This document shows, one piece after another, positions 1 through 10,787 of a stretch of 64,000 bases of DNA. The DNA is taken from positions 672,786 through 736,785 of the forward strand of contig OZ287702.1 of NCBI GenBank assembly GCA_965649825.1. The letters are read 5' to 3'. Each line of letters opens with the position of its first letter. Position 1 is the first letter of the stretch. A program made the translations under genes and the position numbers. Source of the stretch: Penicillus capitatus. Its lineage: Eukaryota; Plantae; Chlorophyta. A model generated the notes under the pieces. The model had not been told where the DNA came from and searched no databases. It worked only from the letters and a program-made list of their open reading frames with translations.

Positions 1-1050
1 TGACGGAACTCGGCAGCAAACCCAAAGAGGAGGAAGAGGAGAAGGAAGTGATCACGTTCTTGGGGTCAGGAGAGGCGGAACCGAAAACTGAGAGGCGGAA
101 ACCACAAGATCGGGTCATTACGTGGCTGGGCGAGAAGCCAGAAGGAATCGATGAAGCATACGACGCAGCGGACACTGTGAGGAAGCTGCGAACAGAGCAG
201 GCAGAAGAGAAGACGGAACGAAAGAAACGAGCAGCGTCGTATCCTGCCCTCGAAGGACTTCCGATTGAACTGATACCGAAATCCGTACGGCTGCTGCGGC
301 CGGAAAGTGTAAATGAACCACTCGATCTGCACGAGGCCCTTCGTTGCATCATCGTCGCCTCTATGCATGTTAAAGAACAGTGAGATGGTGTCTGTTTAGG
401 AGGAGGCCTCGAAAGATTACGACAACACTGTGAGAATCGACATCTGTCTCTCCGTCGACCCGCGCAGGGGCGATCAGTTTGTCAGAGGGTTGTCTGTTCT
501 GCCGCATGGAACGGGTCGAGCGCCACGGATCGCTGTTTTTGCCGAGGGACATCATGCCCAGGCGGCCAGAGAGGCAAAGGTGGAGATCGTGGGCGGGGCA
601 GAACTGATTCAGGAGATCCTGGACAGTAAAGGCGCCAATGTCGAGAAGATCGACAAGTGTATTGCCACACCCGCCATGATGGCGGCCGGTATGTCAAAAC
701 TCGGAAAGATTCTGGGCCCACGTGGACTGATGCCCAATCCTCGTGCTGGCACACTGACGGAGAACATCGAGGAAACGATTAAGAAGCTGCGCCAGGGCCA
801 GATCGAGTTTCGCATCGATCGGCAGGGGATTCTTCGCGCAACGATCGGCAAAATCAGTTTCGGCATGGAGAAGCTCATGGAAAACTTCATCGTCTACGGT
901 AGCGATGTCATCCAGGCGCGTCCTGGCGTTTTCCAGAAGAAGCCATTGACAAAGTTCCTCAAACAAATCACGATCTCCACCAATATCGGACGCGGTTTTC
1001 CGATCTCCGTGCCATCCTATGCCGCGCTATTAACCGATAAGGCCTCGTGA
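1..1050 (+). CDS. rplA: Organellar 50S ribosomal protein uL1 (5' partial, open to window edge; one short intron near 370-400)
   Basis: ORF 430-1050 has L1 motifs VDPRRGDQFVRG..LPHGTG, IATPAMM, LGKILGPRGLMPNPRAGT, IEFRIDRQG, STNIGRG; upstream exon 48-370 is open to position 3. Confidence 0.9.
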
Positions 1051-1113
1051 CCTGTCACATCAAGACGTCGATTTGCAGATGGCGTTGTCGTAAGCCGATG
1101 TAAAAACAGTACG

Positions 1114-2667
1114 ATGTGGCACGTCGTCTTGCTCGTGGTCGTGCATTTGAGCCCCGCTCTGTCTATAGAATCGCGCTTCGATGAGTATCTATGGACGAAG
1201 GAGTCGTGGAAAGACTTCAAATTGCACAAGCCGCGTGACCGTTGGCGTGTCGAAGATGCTCCCTCAGCAGCACAGTATATCCATTCCCTAAGACAGCAGT
1301 GCGAATTCATCAGCGCGGACGGCCCCGGGGTGCCAAAACGCGACACAGCCAAAAGCGAAGAGGCATATGCGGACTGGCTGTCGGCCCTCGTCGATCGAGT
1401 CGTTGCCGGGGCAACGGTCTTTGGCAGCGTCTGCGGCTCGGCCGTCGAAGGAGGATTCGAAGCAGTGCTCGGCGATATCTACGAAGACGCTCTGCCCTCA
1501 CTCGGTCGCATTCGGATCCTTGTAGAGGACGTCTGCATTGACACCGTTGATGATATCATCAAGAAGTTCACTCTAAAGAGGGAAGTGCGTCAGGACGGAA
1601 CAGAGGAGTGGAAACTCGAACAGCGCAAGGAGGAGGACGAGGGAAGCTACGGGGAAGAGGTCGAGGCTGCCGAGTTAGCCTGTGACCGATTCATGCACCA
1701 ACGTCGTGGCGAGTTCGTTCATGCATTGCACGAGGCGGCGATCGACATCGATCGAGAGCTCAAGACGCTTGTGGAATGGCAATTGGAACAGGCGCGTGGA
1801 GTGATCGGCACTCGACGAGGGAAGGAAGGAAAGTGTGAGGATATTCATCCAAAGTGTGAGGAGTGGGCAGACAACGGCGAATGCGCACACAATCCATCTT
1901 ACATGCTCAAGATGTGTCGAATCAGCTGCGGCATCTGCGAAGGCGATCCATCCTTTGAAAAGTCATGCATCCGTTTCTGTCTGGCTTCCTCATAGAGTGA
2001 TTTTTTCAGAGTTGGGGTGTTTTCCCTGGGTGCTCATGCCATAGAGAGACTGCACCAAAAGCGTGAGGCGCTGGTCGATCGCCTGCAGCAACAGCTCTGT
2101 CCTCAGATGTCACATCAAGAGAGGCAGATCTATCCGATTCAGGAGGTCAAGTACGATCCTATTCTGAAAGGAAGAGAGATCAACGATGTTTCACGGGCAT
2201 TGACATTGGAGCTCGGAGATAAATGCTTTCTGCTGTCGAGAGGGTGGTGGTCCTACGAAATCTGTCTCTTCTCCACCATTCGACAACTCCATTACGACAC
2301 TGACGGCGAGACGGTTCTCAGTGCCAATCTCATTGGATCCTTCTCCGAGCAACGTACCTTACACATACACCCCCTCGTTCTCCAGAAGGATGACATGGAG
2401 AAGCTTGGACTGGTGGGAGAGCGACGCGCATATGTCATGCAAAGCTATGAGAATGGAGACAAGTGTGAGGAGAACGGTGTGGATCGCAGTGCCGTGATAC
2501 GACTGCTGTGTTCAGAGGGACTGAAACAACCTCCACTCGCTGCCAATTCCATCGGCATTGCTGTCGATGAACCCGACGCTTGTCATTATGCGATCCACAT
2601 CTTCCTTCCTCTCATGTGCCATTATCCAGAGTACAGTCTGTTTCCGTCCGTCAACAAGGAACGATAG
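1114..2667 (+). CDS. Secreted/ER protein with ShKT domain and C-terminal MRH (OS-9/glucosidase II beta-like) lectin domain; one intron near 1971-2007
   Basis: Hydrophobic N-terminus MWHVVLLVVVHLSPALS; six-Cys ShKT CEDIHPKCEEWADNGECAHNPSYMLKMCRISCGIC; MRH motifs GWWSYEICL, YENGDKC, DEPDACHY. Confidence 0.75.
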
Positions 2668-2679
2668 AGAGCGCGTTGT

Positions 2680-4355
2680 TTATTTGATGGGAATATCTTT
2701 GGGGCATTGATCTGGATGGACTTTGAGGAAATCCAGTAGCTCTTGTTGCTGTTCTCTCAAATGCCATGGCTTCGAAGCATAGACTGCACAGAAAAGCAGA
2801 AGATCGATCGAGTGTCTTTGTTAGGGGTATGCTGATTCTGTAAACGACTTACCGTCTGTAAAGAGTTCGCTCACCGGTGCTTTGGGAACCTTCTCGGCAG
2901 CATCCAGCGCGGAGATCACCTAGAACGGGGATCTGCAATGTTTCTCAGGAGATGCGATAAGAGTTTGTACTTCGTGGCGTATGTCATCCTTCATTCGTTT
3001 GTCCTCTTCTGATGTCCACCATCCGTTCTGCGACAGGAAATGGAACAAACGCCCGAGAGGTTGTTTGGTTTCCCAGTTGCGTATCTCCGACTCTTTACGA
3101 TACCTGACCCCACAAGACAGTGCCAGTTGACTCTGCACTTGAGGTATTGTACCGAGTGGAATCGTCGGATGTCGAATGATGCCCAGCACGATAACACATT
3201 GCCTTTATGCCAACACAATCGTGAAGAGGGCGGAACTAAGGCCACACTGACTTCAATGAGGATTGGGCATTTTTCTTTCAGTGCTCGTTGACGGGATGCC
3301 TTGATGGCAAGGTAGACAGCACGAGGATCGCCTCCATCGACTCGGATGGTCGGGATACCGTAACTCGGACCACGTATTCCCAAACAATACGCTGCATAGA
3401 GGGGAAGACGCTCGATCAGGTCTTTGATGGATCAGAGGCGTCTACGTTTGTATTGTTGACTGCTGGGAGTACTGATGGCGTATCCATTGTTGCGACAGAT
3501 GAACAGGACGGGCAATTCCAACGTCGCTGCAAAATTCAATGCTGCATGGAAATCCCCTTCACTGGCAGCACCCTCCCCAAAAAAGGTCACAGCCACATTC
3601 GGCCTGCCTTCTGCCTAGAGATGTCTTTTGGGGACGATTCAAGCAGGAATGTACCATGTACTTTGAGAGCAAAGGCAGCGCCGACGGCATGGGGCACCTG
3701 TGTCGCCAAGACAGATGAGATGGTATGTACGTGCAGTTCAGGACTGCCATAATGAATGGGCATCTGACGTCCTTTGCCACACTCCAGGGCGTTTCCAAAA
3801 CACTGATCTGCCATTTGGCGCAGAGTGAAGCCCCTCCACAGTAGAAATCCGAGTTCACGGTACTGCAAGAAAGCCTGGCACGACAGAATCGAACAAACAA
3901 ACACCAGATGGCGTCCTGACCTCATCAGACATCTCCAGAGCCGCAGCTGTGGCAACCGTCGTCGCCTCTTCGCCATAAGACGTCGCGTAGAAGCTGATAC
4001 GCCCCTGCAGTCATGGTAGGTGTCGTATGGAATGGAGAAGTTGGTTGGCACTTGTGACCTGGCGCTGGGCTTCGTAGAAAAGGACGTCGGCGAGATTCAG
4101 GCGCAGCATGACCTGGTAGATTCCGAGTGCCAGTTCTTTGGGAAAGGGCATCTCTGGGGAGACGTCTTGAAGAGAGACGCCAGTGTCGCTGAGGGTACGG
4201 AAAACCGGAATCTGTGGCGAATCGGCTAAAGAAGTGAACCGCATCTTCGTTGTGCTATCCTCTTTTTCGCTAAGTGTCGCGAAAAGCCGCAACGTTGGAC
4301 GTGTGGCGACGCATGTGGCCCAACGACAGACAGAACGTCGTAAAATTGAGAACAT
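2680..4355 (-). CDS. BCKDHA: Branched-chain 2-oxoacid dehydrogenase E1 alpha subunit, multi-exon
   Basis: Exons encode [55 protein letters not shown] and P.LIE; C-terminus [12 protein letters not shown]. Confidence 0.92.
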
Positions 4356-4418
4356 TCGGCGACAGAAATTGTCTCATATGATACTGGCCAACGTGAGATA
4401 CGATGAGGTCATGCCAGA

Positions 4419-6250
4419 TCATGATGGCAAGTAATGGTGCAGACGGTAGCTCGAAATGCGGCCCGTCAGTGATCCCACGTGCATCAAATCGCCCCGAGGA
4501 GAGAAGGCGATGCATTTGACACGTGTCTTGCTGAGACGGCGATTGGGCCAATTGGCAAAGACAGAGCAGCTGGGAAGGTGAACCAGCTTCATGGCAGATG
4601 ACATATGCATCGAAGCCATTGCCATCATCTACGCCCATTCACATCCTCACTCGTATCCTGATAGAGACTCCATTGGTACTTGGGAAGTTGGGTGGAAGGT
4701 GATCGTGTCGATCTCCGTTTTGAGATTGAAGAGGGTCTTCATGGGTACTGGTGGAGAGGATAGGACAGAAGACAGGGAGCAGTCCTGTGCTCGATAGAGA
4801 TTGACCACTCCTGCTTCGGAGCCCGTGGCTATATAAGCTTGATGGGGACAGATGGCAAAGAAGGTATTGTGCAAAGTGCCCGAATCAGTAAATTCAGCTT
4901 TGCAGCGAAAAGAACGCATATCCCAGATCTGTACATCTCCCCCAGCACCTGACACAGACAGAGAGATTCATGATAGGAGACGAGTGATGGGATAGGATAG
5001 ACTGCAGGTGTAAAGGGTGTTGTTGTCCATGAAGGTGGCAGATTCGATAGGTCGTTTCGATTGCAGCTTGGCTATCCATTGTCGACTTTTGAAGGAATAG
5101 ATCGGCACCGTCCCTCCCTTGCCGACAAAGGCAACCACATCCGATGTTGGTGCGTTTGGAGAAGAAGCTGTCGAGAAGCTATGGAAAAGTTCGCTGGAGT
5201 CTTGGGAAAAGATCCTCTCCGTTTCTCTCGATTCCAGATCCAGTAACTGAATAGACTGAAACTGAGGACTGCCGATGACCAAAATCTACACATGGGGCAT
5301 AACTGCAGGAAAGAGTGAGAAAAGGACAGGTTTACACACCTTCTCTTTCTGAGGCAAAAAGCCAGCGTGAATGATGGTAAAGCCTTTGATGCCAATGGCA
5401 TCGACAAGAGGATTCTGTTCGCCATCTATATGAAAAAGGGAGACTCTGCCATTTCGAGTGGCTGTCATGAACAGCTCCCCTCCAGCGTTGTATTCCATCG
5501 AGGCGAGTTTGGAACGGTACGGGTCATGGATGTTGGCATCCATCACAGCAGTCACATCAATACGCCCCTTTGGCAGGGCTCTGGTCGCAGCGATGAGAGG
5601 CGTCGCGTCGCTCAACAGTCTCTCCGTTTCGTCTGCTTCCTGCTCCGTCTTCCTTTTCTTCGCACTGAGAGATGCCCATTCTGTATGGGGATGCACGTTC
5701 CGATGGATCTGTCTCAGCTGCTTCTCATATTCCGAAACTGACGAACAGAGATTCGGCAACAGATCTCTCCCTTAACGGATACTTTTGAGAGAAGATGTCG
5801 CTGGCGTTTGAGCCAGAATGCGTTGGACATGTTTCCCATGTTGCGGCAACGGAGATGACACGATAGCTTCGTCTCCATCATCCTGCCAAACGGGTTGCAA
5901 TTCTTTCGCCTCTTCATTTTCCTCCTCTCCTGCGACCAAAGCATCTGAACCCTGTAGCAAGGATCAGGAAATGTGTGTGCCTACCGGCGGCCGCGGCGGC
6001 GGTGGCGATTCCTCGATCCTCGAAATAGAGACCCTCCGAAACGTCCGCTGCTTCTTCGTCTCCCTATCACGCACGATTTGCACATCTGTCATCTCTTCGG
6101 TCGACCACAGAGCTGGAGACTTGTTCAGGAAGTGTGGCTTCGGAATCCGATGAGCTCTCCGTTGCGTCGCCGTCGCCGTTCGGGCGAAACAGAAACGACT
6201 CTAGTGCAGCTTCCTGCACGACACCGCCCGAGCCATGAGCCAATTCGCCC
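4419..6250 (-). CDS. UTP18: U3 snoRNA-associated protein 18 (WD40), multi-exon; start approximate
   Basis: ALESFLF, EYEKQLRQIH..HPHTEWAS, VMDANIHDPY, IATGSEAGVVNLY, LFNLKTEIDTITFHPTSQ, VHLPSCSVFANWP, CIAFSPRGDLM..G...GR. Confidence 0.85.
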
Positions 6251-6785
6251 AGAGCACATGTCTACCTTCAGCAATGCATCCATAGTCTGCACGAGCGACG
6301 GTCACTTTGTACGACAGACATATCTGGACGCCCGACGGACCTTCCGAAACGCGAACGTACCAACACCCACCCCTCCACAGTCATATTGACCGACGGGTCC
6401 TCGCCCACGTTCGTCCGTCCCTCTGCTACCTGAATCGAAGGAGCCCTCCGCGTCTTCCGAGCGTCGCTGCATCGAAGCGCGTCAAGCGTCGCGGGAGGCA
6501 CCTTCATAGCGATGCACACATTTTCGCGCATGTCATTTATTTCGTCGCGCGGCTTCTCTAATTGACTTCTGTCGAGGTACGAAACGCCCCCAAGTGCAGT
6601 GACCGTCGATGTCAAAGGCGACAAGACAAGCATTTTGAGTGACAGAGCACAAATTGCGTCAGGAGATACCGTTATTGCGCAAGACACGGCATATCACTCT
6701 GTGCAACCACGCCGACCCGTACCACGACGAGGCCGCGTTTAAAGTCGCACTTTGCAAGCGGTTGCGCAATCTCTTCTCTTTTGCT

Positions 6786-8282
6786 ATGCCTCGTAAGTGG
6801 CTCTCCTGCATTCCGAGCCTTCGTCGAAAGAAACGTCTCTCAGCTTCGCGGACGAGCTGGTCTTATCTTCCCGCGCCGGCCATTGACAAAATCGTCTCCA
6901 TTCTGAAGAAGAGCTCCCGTTGGCGACGCGATGGACCATCCCTCCGGCAACTCAATCACTTCTGGCGTGCACAAATCGACGAACACATCCACGCCGTCTT
7001 TCCGCACAGCTGCCGGCAGTTAGTGTGGACAGACGTCACATCTCTCACAAGGTTCTCCAATCTGACCTCTCTGAACATCGAGCGCTTTGTCCCACCGCTC
7101 GAAAGTATCTCCAGCGTCTTGCGCAGTTCCAGCACCTGGAGTCGGGATGCCCAGAGGGGTCAAGATTCTTTCGTCTATCATCAGCCTTCCCTCGAAAGGA
7201 TGATCCGGACCATTGCAAATCTGCCTTGTCTATCTCATCTCACCATCTCTGCTGATCTGTTCTACCACCATCGTCAAGGACGCGATCTATGGCGCCAGCT
7301 CAAAGGGATAACATCACTAGAGATCCGTCGAGAGAAGGAAGTGGATCTGGACTGCTCATCTCTCTTCTACGCAGTGTTTGATGACTTCCCCCGAGTCAAG
7401 AGCATCGACATGACCTGTCCGCCATACCATCCTTGTCTGATGTCCAAACTCGAAGGCATGGAAACGGTGAAGCTTCGTGAGGCGGTGTGTCCCCGGCAGT
7501 TGGCATCGATCTCTGGTCTTGTCTCGCTTTCCGTCCGGGTGCTTCAGTTAGAAGAGGTGGATGTGCTGGAATGGATGCCACAGCTGACAAGTTTGGCCTT
7601 TGCTGTGGATACTCGGAAGGTCTTGAAGCAATTGTCTAATGCCCATGTGCTTCGGCGTCTGAACGATCTCAGCATCAGCAGCATGGCACGGCTGCGAGAG
7701 ATCAAGGGAACATTCTTTCAGGAATGCCTTAATTTGCAGTCGCTGTCACTGGAGCATTTTCGTTTCCTCGGCACCGAGCTGTCACGTCATCTCACTAATC
7801 TCACAAAACTGAAACTGCAGAAGTGCACCCTCGCGGGAGGCGTCTCTTTTCTCGCTCAACTCACCAAACTGGAAGAGCTGTCTTTCGTGATGGGATTTGC
7901 ACAGGAGGATGGAATGACAGGAATTGCCTCAGCCGAGATCACTCTGCCGAAACTCAGAGTCCTTCATCTCAAACCTGTCGCCAATGACATGACCTTTAAG
8001 GCGATCACCAAGTTTAAGAAGCTGGAGACCGTTCATGTGCATTGTGGTGCGGTGTCCAGTCAAGTGTTCAAAGAACTGGAATATCTTCCTGAACTGCGTA
8101 TCCTCTCCGTTCAGTTTGCCAGCAAAGCATTGGATCGATCCACCTCTCTTCTGTCTCTCTCTTTCCTCACATCTCTCGAAAGACTATCGATCGGTAGCAA
8201 AGTGGCCACATCCCATATCCGGAAACATCAGATCGAAAACCTGCAGCGAAAAGCACCCCAATTAACAATCGACCTTTCTTGA
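6786..8282 (+). CDS. Intronless F-box-like/leucine-rich repeat protein (ORF track starts at GTG 6639; first ATG 6786)
   Basis: 547-aa ORF with F-box-like WSYLPAPAIDKIVSIL followed by repeated LxxLxxLxL units. Confidence 0.7.
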   Translation: MPRKWLSCIPSLRRKKRLSASRTSWSYLPAPAIDKIVSILKKSSRWRRDGPSLRQLNHFWRAQIDEHIHAVFPHSCRQLVWTDVTSLTRFSNLTSLNIERFVPPLESISSVLRSSSTWSRDAQRGQDSFVYHQPSLERMIRTIANLPCLSHLTISADLFYHHRQGRDLWRQLKGITSLEIRREKEVDLDCSSLFYAVFDDFPRVKSIDMTCPPYHPCLMSKLEGMETVKLREAVCPRQLASISGLVSLSVRVLQLEEVDVLEWMPQLTSLAFAVDTRKVLKQLSNAHVLRRLNDLSISSMARLREIKGTFFQECLNLQSLSLEHFRFLGTELSRHLTNLTKLKLQKCTLAGGVSFLAQLTKLEELSFVMGFAQEDGMTGIASAEITLPKLRVLHLKPVANDMTFKAITKFKKLETVHVHCGAVSSQVFKELEYLPELRILSVQFASKALDRSTSLLSLSFLTSLERLSIGSKVATSHIRKHQIENLQRKAPQLTIDLS

Positions 8283-8752
8283 ACAAGTCCAGTGATATTT
8301 GTGAGCATAGATATCATCCTTGTCAGCAACGCATCTTTCATTTTACGTGTCTTTTGATACCATTCCATCATTCTTATGGGGGCTTATGGATTTTTGGCTA
8401 TCACTTGACCCATTCACAGTACACACATCTAAATGGTCGGGGATACTCATGCCTTACAGCCATGTTGCAGTTATGAGTTTTCATAGAAAAAAGCAGCAAT
8501 GGGGCATTGTGCATGCGTGGATTCTTCCATGAAAACGAGCACTCTATCTTAACACCGTGCAAAAGCAAAACAATCGGTCACAGACGGGTTACACGAAGCA
8601 AGGTGCACGATAAGAATGTTCGACAGTTATGACGACTGCATTCATACAGAGTATATGAAGACACCACACAACTCTTCCTCACTGACAGTCCCATGCGACG
8701 AGCCAAAAAAGATGTCGCCTACCAGGTGGATAAAATCTGCGCAAGCACATGA

Positions 8753-9250
8753 TTATACGTCGTCTGTCGTTGAGTGTGACACCACCCCCCGTTCCTCCAA
8801 AAATAGTGTTCGATTTGGAATGTCTGGCGAACCCGTCAGTTGATCAATATCCACCTCCCGCATAGGATAGGCATCATTCGTCAATGTGGCCACTGGGGTA
8901 CTCGATTCTCCATGTAGATCCAGTGGATCAGAATTTGATGGCTTCAGCGTTTGACCAAGTTTTACACTTCCTGAACGCATCGCTTTCATTTCTCACACTT
9001 TTGAGAGGGACCCAACCTCCAGGATTGACAAAAATAACAGGAATGGGTGCGTTACGTTGCGGTGTGTTTCCGGCAGTAGATGTTCGCCTTATAGGCTCTC
9101 GTTGTTCTTCATCTCTAGCCAGCAACTTGTAGATACAGAGACAAATGTTCAGCAGAAAAAGGAGACAGACAGCGATCAGCACGCTCAGTCCAACGAGGTC
9201 GCTTGTCCGGTCTTGCTCGTTTGGATTGTCATAATCTACGCAACACACTC
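8753..9250 (-). CDS. Small single-pass membrane protein, paralog A (5' end unresolved; intron near 8973-9016)
   Basis: TM segment LVGLSVLIAVCLLFLLNICLCI, then after splicing PIPVIFVNPG/GSVKLGQTLKPS, matching paralog B. Confidence 0.55.
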
Positions 9251-9715
9251 CGCTTCAGATTCCCTGCATCCTGCACCGTAGCGGCAGACCGCTTTGCAAA
9301 AGCGAACGCGACGTTGTGCCGATGAATGTTGACATCGTATTCTCTTTTTATGGAATGTACACCTATGCGGAAGCACAGGTTCCGTCTTGTGGCGTCGTCC
9401 AGAGAGACGCTCTCAGACACCGATTGAGCAACAGACCTTTGTGTTTTGTAGCGGCGAGAACGAAACGATGGGATGAAGAAGGCAACACGCGCGATGCGTA
9501 TGATGGATGATAGTGTCGAGATGGCTTCGGGTCGTGGATACGACGATAGCGTCATTGTTTGCAAATGTGACGTCAGGCATACGTACGAATGAAAGATCTC
9601 TTATGGTATCTGACGTCCTCTTGGCGACAATAAGGTCGCCATGTTCTGACGTCTCTCATTCAGCCTTTTGTTGCATTTTTTGTTTCTAAATAACAAATCG
9701 AATGTGGCCGATTAA

Positions 9716-10280
9716 TCAAGGAAGTCGTTCGAGTGCGGATTCATGAAGAAGAGGTGTATTTTCCGTGGTGAAGGATGACACAGAGGAGACAGATACCCTT
9801 CGTGGCACCGACTCTTCCAAATCCGCCTCGCCGAAGAGATAGAGATTCTCCGAAGTCTGGCTTCCCTCTCGATAAGACGATGGCTTCAAGTTTTTGCCGA
9901 TTCGGAGACTTCCTGCCACAAGCATGACGATGTTACCTTAAGAAGAGTGAGATTGGATGTGACCTGCAGGATTGACAAAAAGGACAGGTAAAGGAGGCGG
10001 CGGGATGCGCCTGGCTCGGAGACGAGACTGTACAGCTTCCAACTCAGCCCGTTGAGCCTCTCGCTCTGCCCTCGACACGCGAACCATGCAGAGACAGATT
10101 TTGAATACGAACAAAATAGCCACAGAAACAATAACAATCAAAGCCACGACATTTCCCGGAGTGTCTTGTGGAGGCGTCTCATGTCCATCACTCCCTATGG
10201 CCTCAGCCACATATAGAGCACAGTCATTGGGAGAAGAGGATAAACTGGATGGAGTTTGGAGCAGCTCTCGTCGATTCACC
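9716..10280 (-). CDS. Small single-pass membrane protein, paralog B (5' end unresolved; intron near 9914-9961)
   Basis: TM segment VVALIVIVSVAILFVFKICLCM, then after splicing PLPVLFVNPA/GSLRIGKNLKPS; intron at the same position as in paralog A. Confidence 0.55.
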
Positions 10281-10753
10281 GCTACAGGACGACGTGAAGA
10301 GATGTCGGAAAACGAAAAGATCAGGCAGTACCATCATGACAGAGAATCGATGTCGACGATTGGGTGTCCGGCAAAACTTCCTAATGAGAACAGGTTGCGT
10401 GCTAGAGAGCAAAGGGATGTGTACGTGGGCTGAAATGACAACGAAGCGCATAAACAACAGAGCTAAGCGCCAGGTATAGTCCGGCCGCAAAAATAGTCCA
10501 AGGTTGAATGCCCGGTCTCCAATTCGAAGACCGAATTTGATGGGCATATTGAAATGTGATGTGAGTTACGGCGAGTTTCGAACTTCGAAAGCAAAAACGG
10601 ATATCAACGTTGCGGGCGCCACATGCATCGCTCTAGCAAAATGCAGGCGATGGTACATTTATCCGACATGACAACGTCCAGTCAGCCATTCGTTAACTAA
10701 CAGACCCGCCACAGTAGACGTCGATGAAACAAAACACATTGCATCTCGTAGTA

Positions 10754-10781
<28 letters not shown>
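10754..10781. repeat. (TGGC)7 microsatellite with degenerate TGAC tail
   Basis: Seven perfect TGGC units read directly. Confidence 0.95.

Positions 10782-10787
<6 letters not shown>

Noticed and set aside
6268-6687. 139-aa ORF between UTP18 and the LRR gene
   Set aside because: No recognisable motif; overlaps the likely divergent promoter region.
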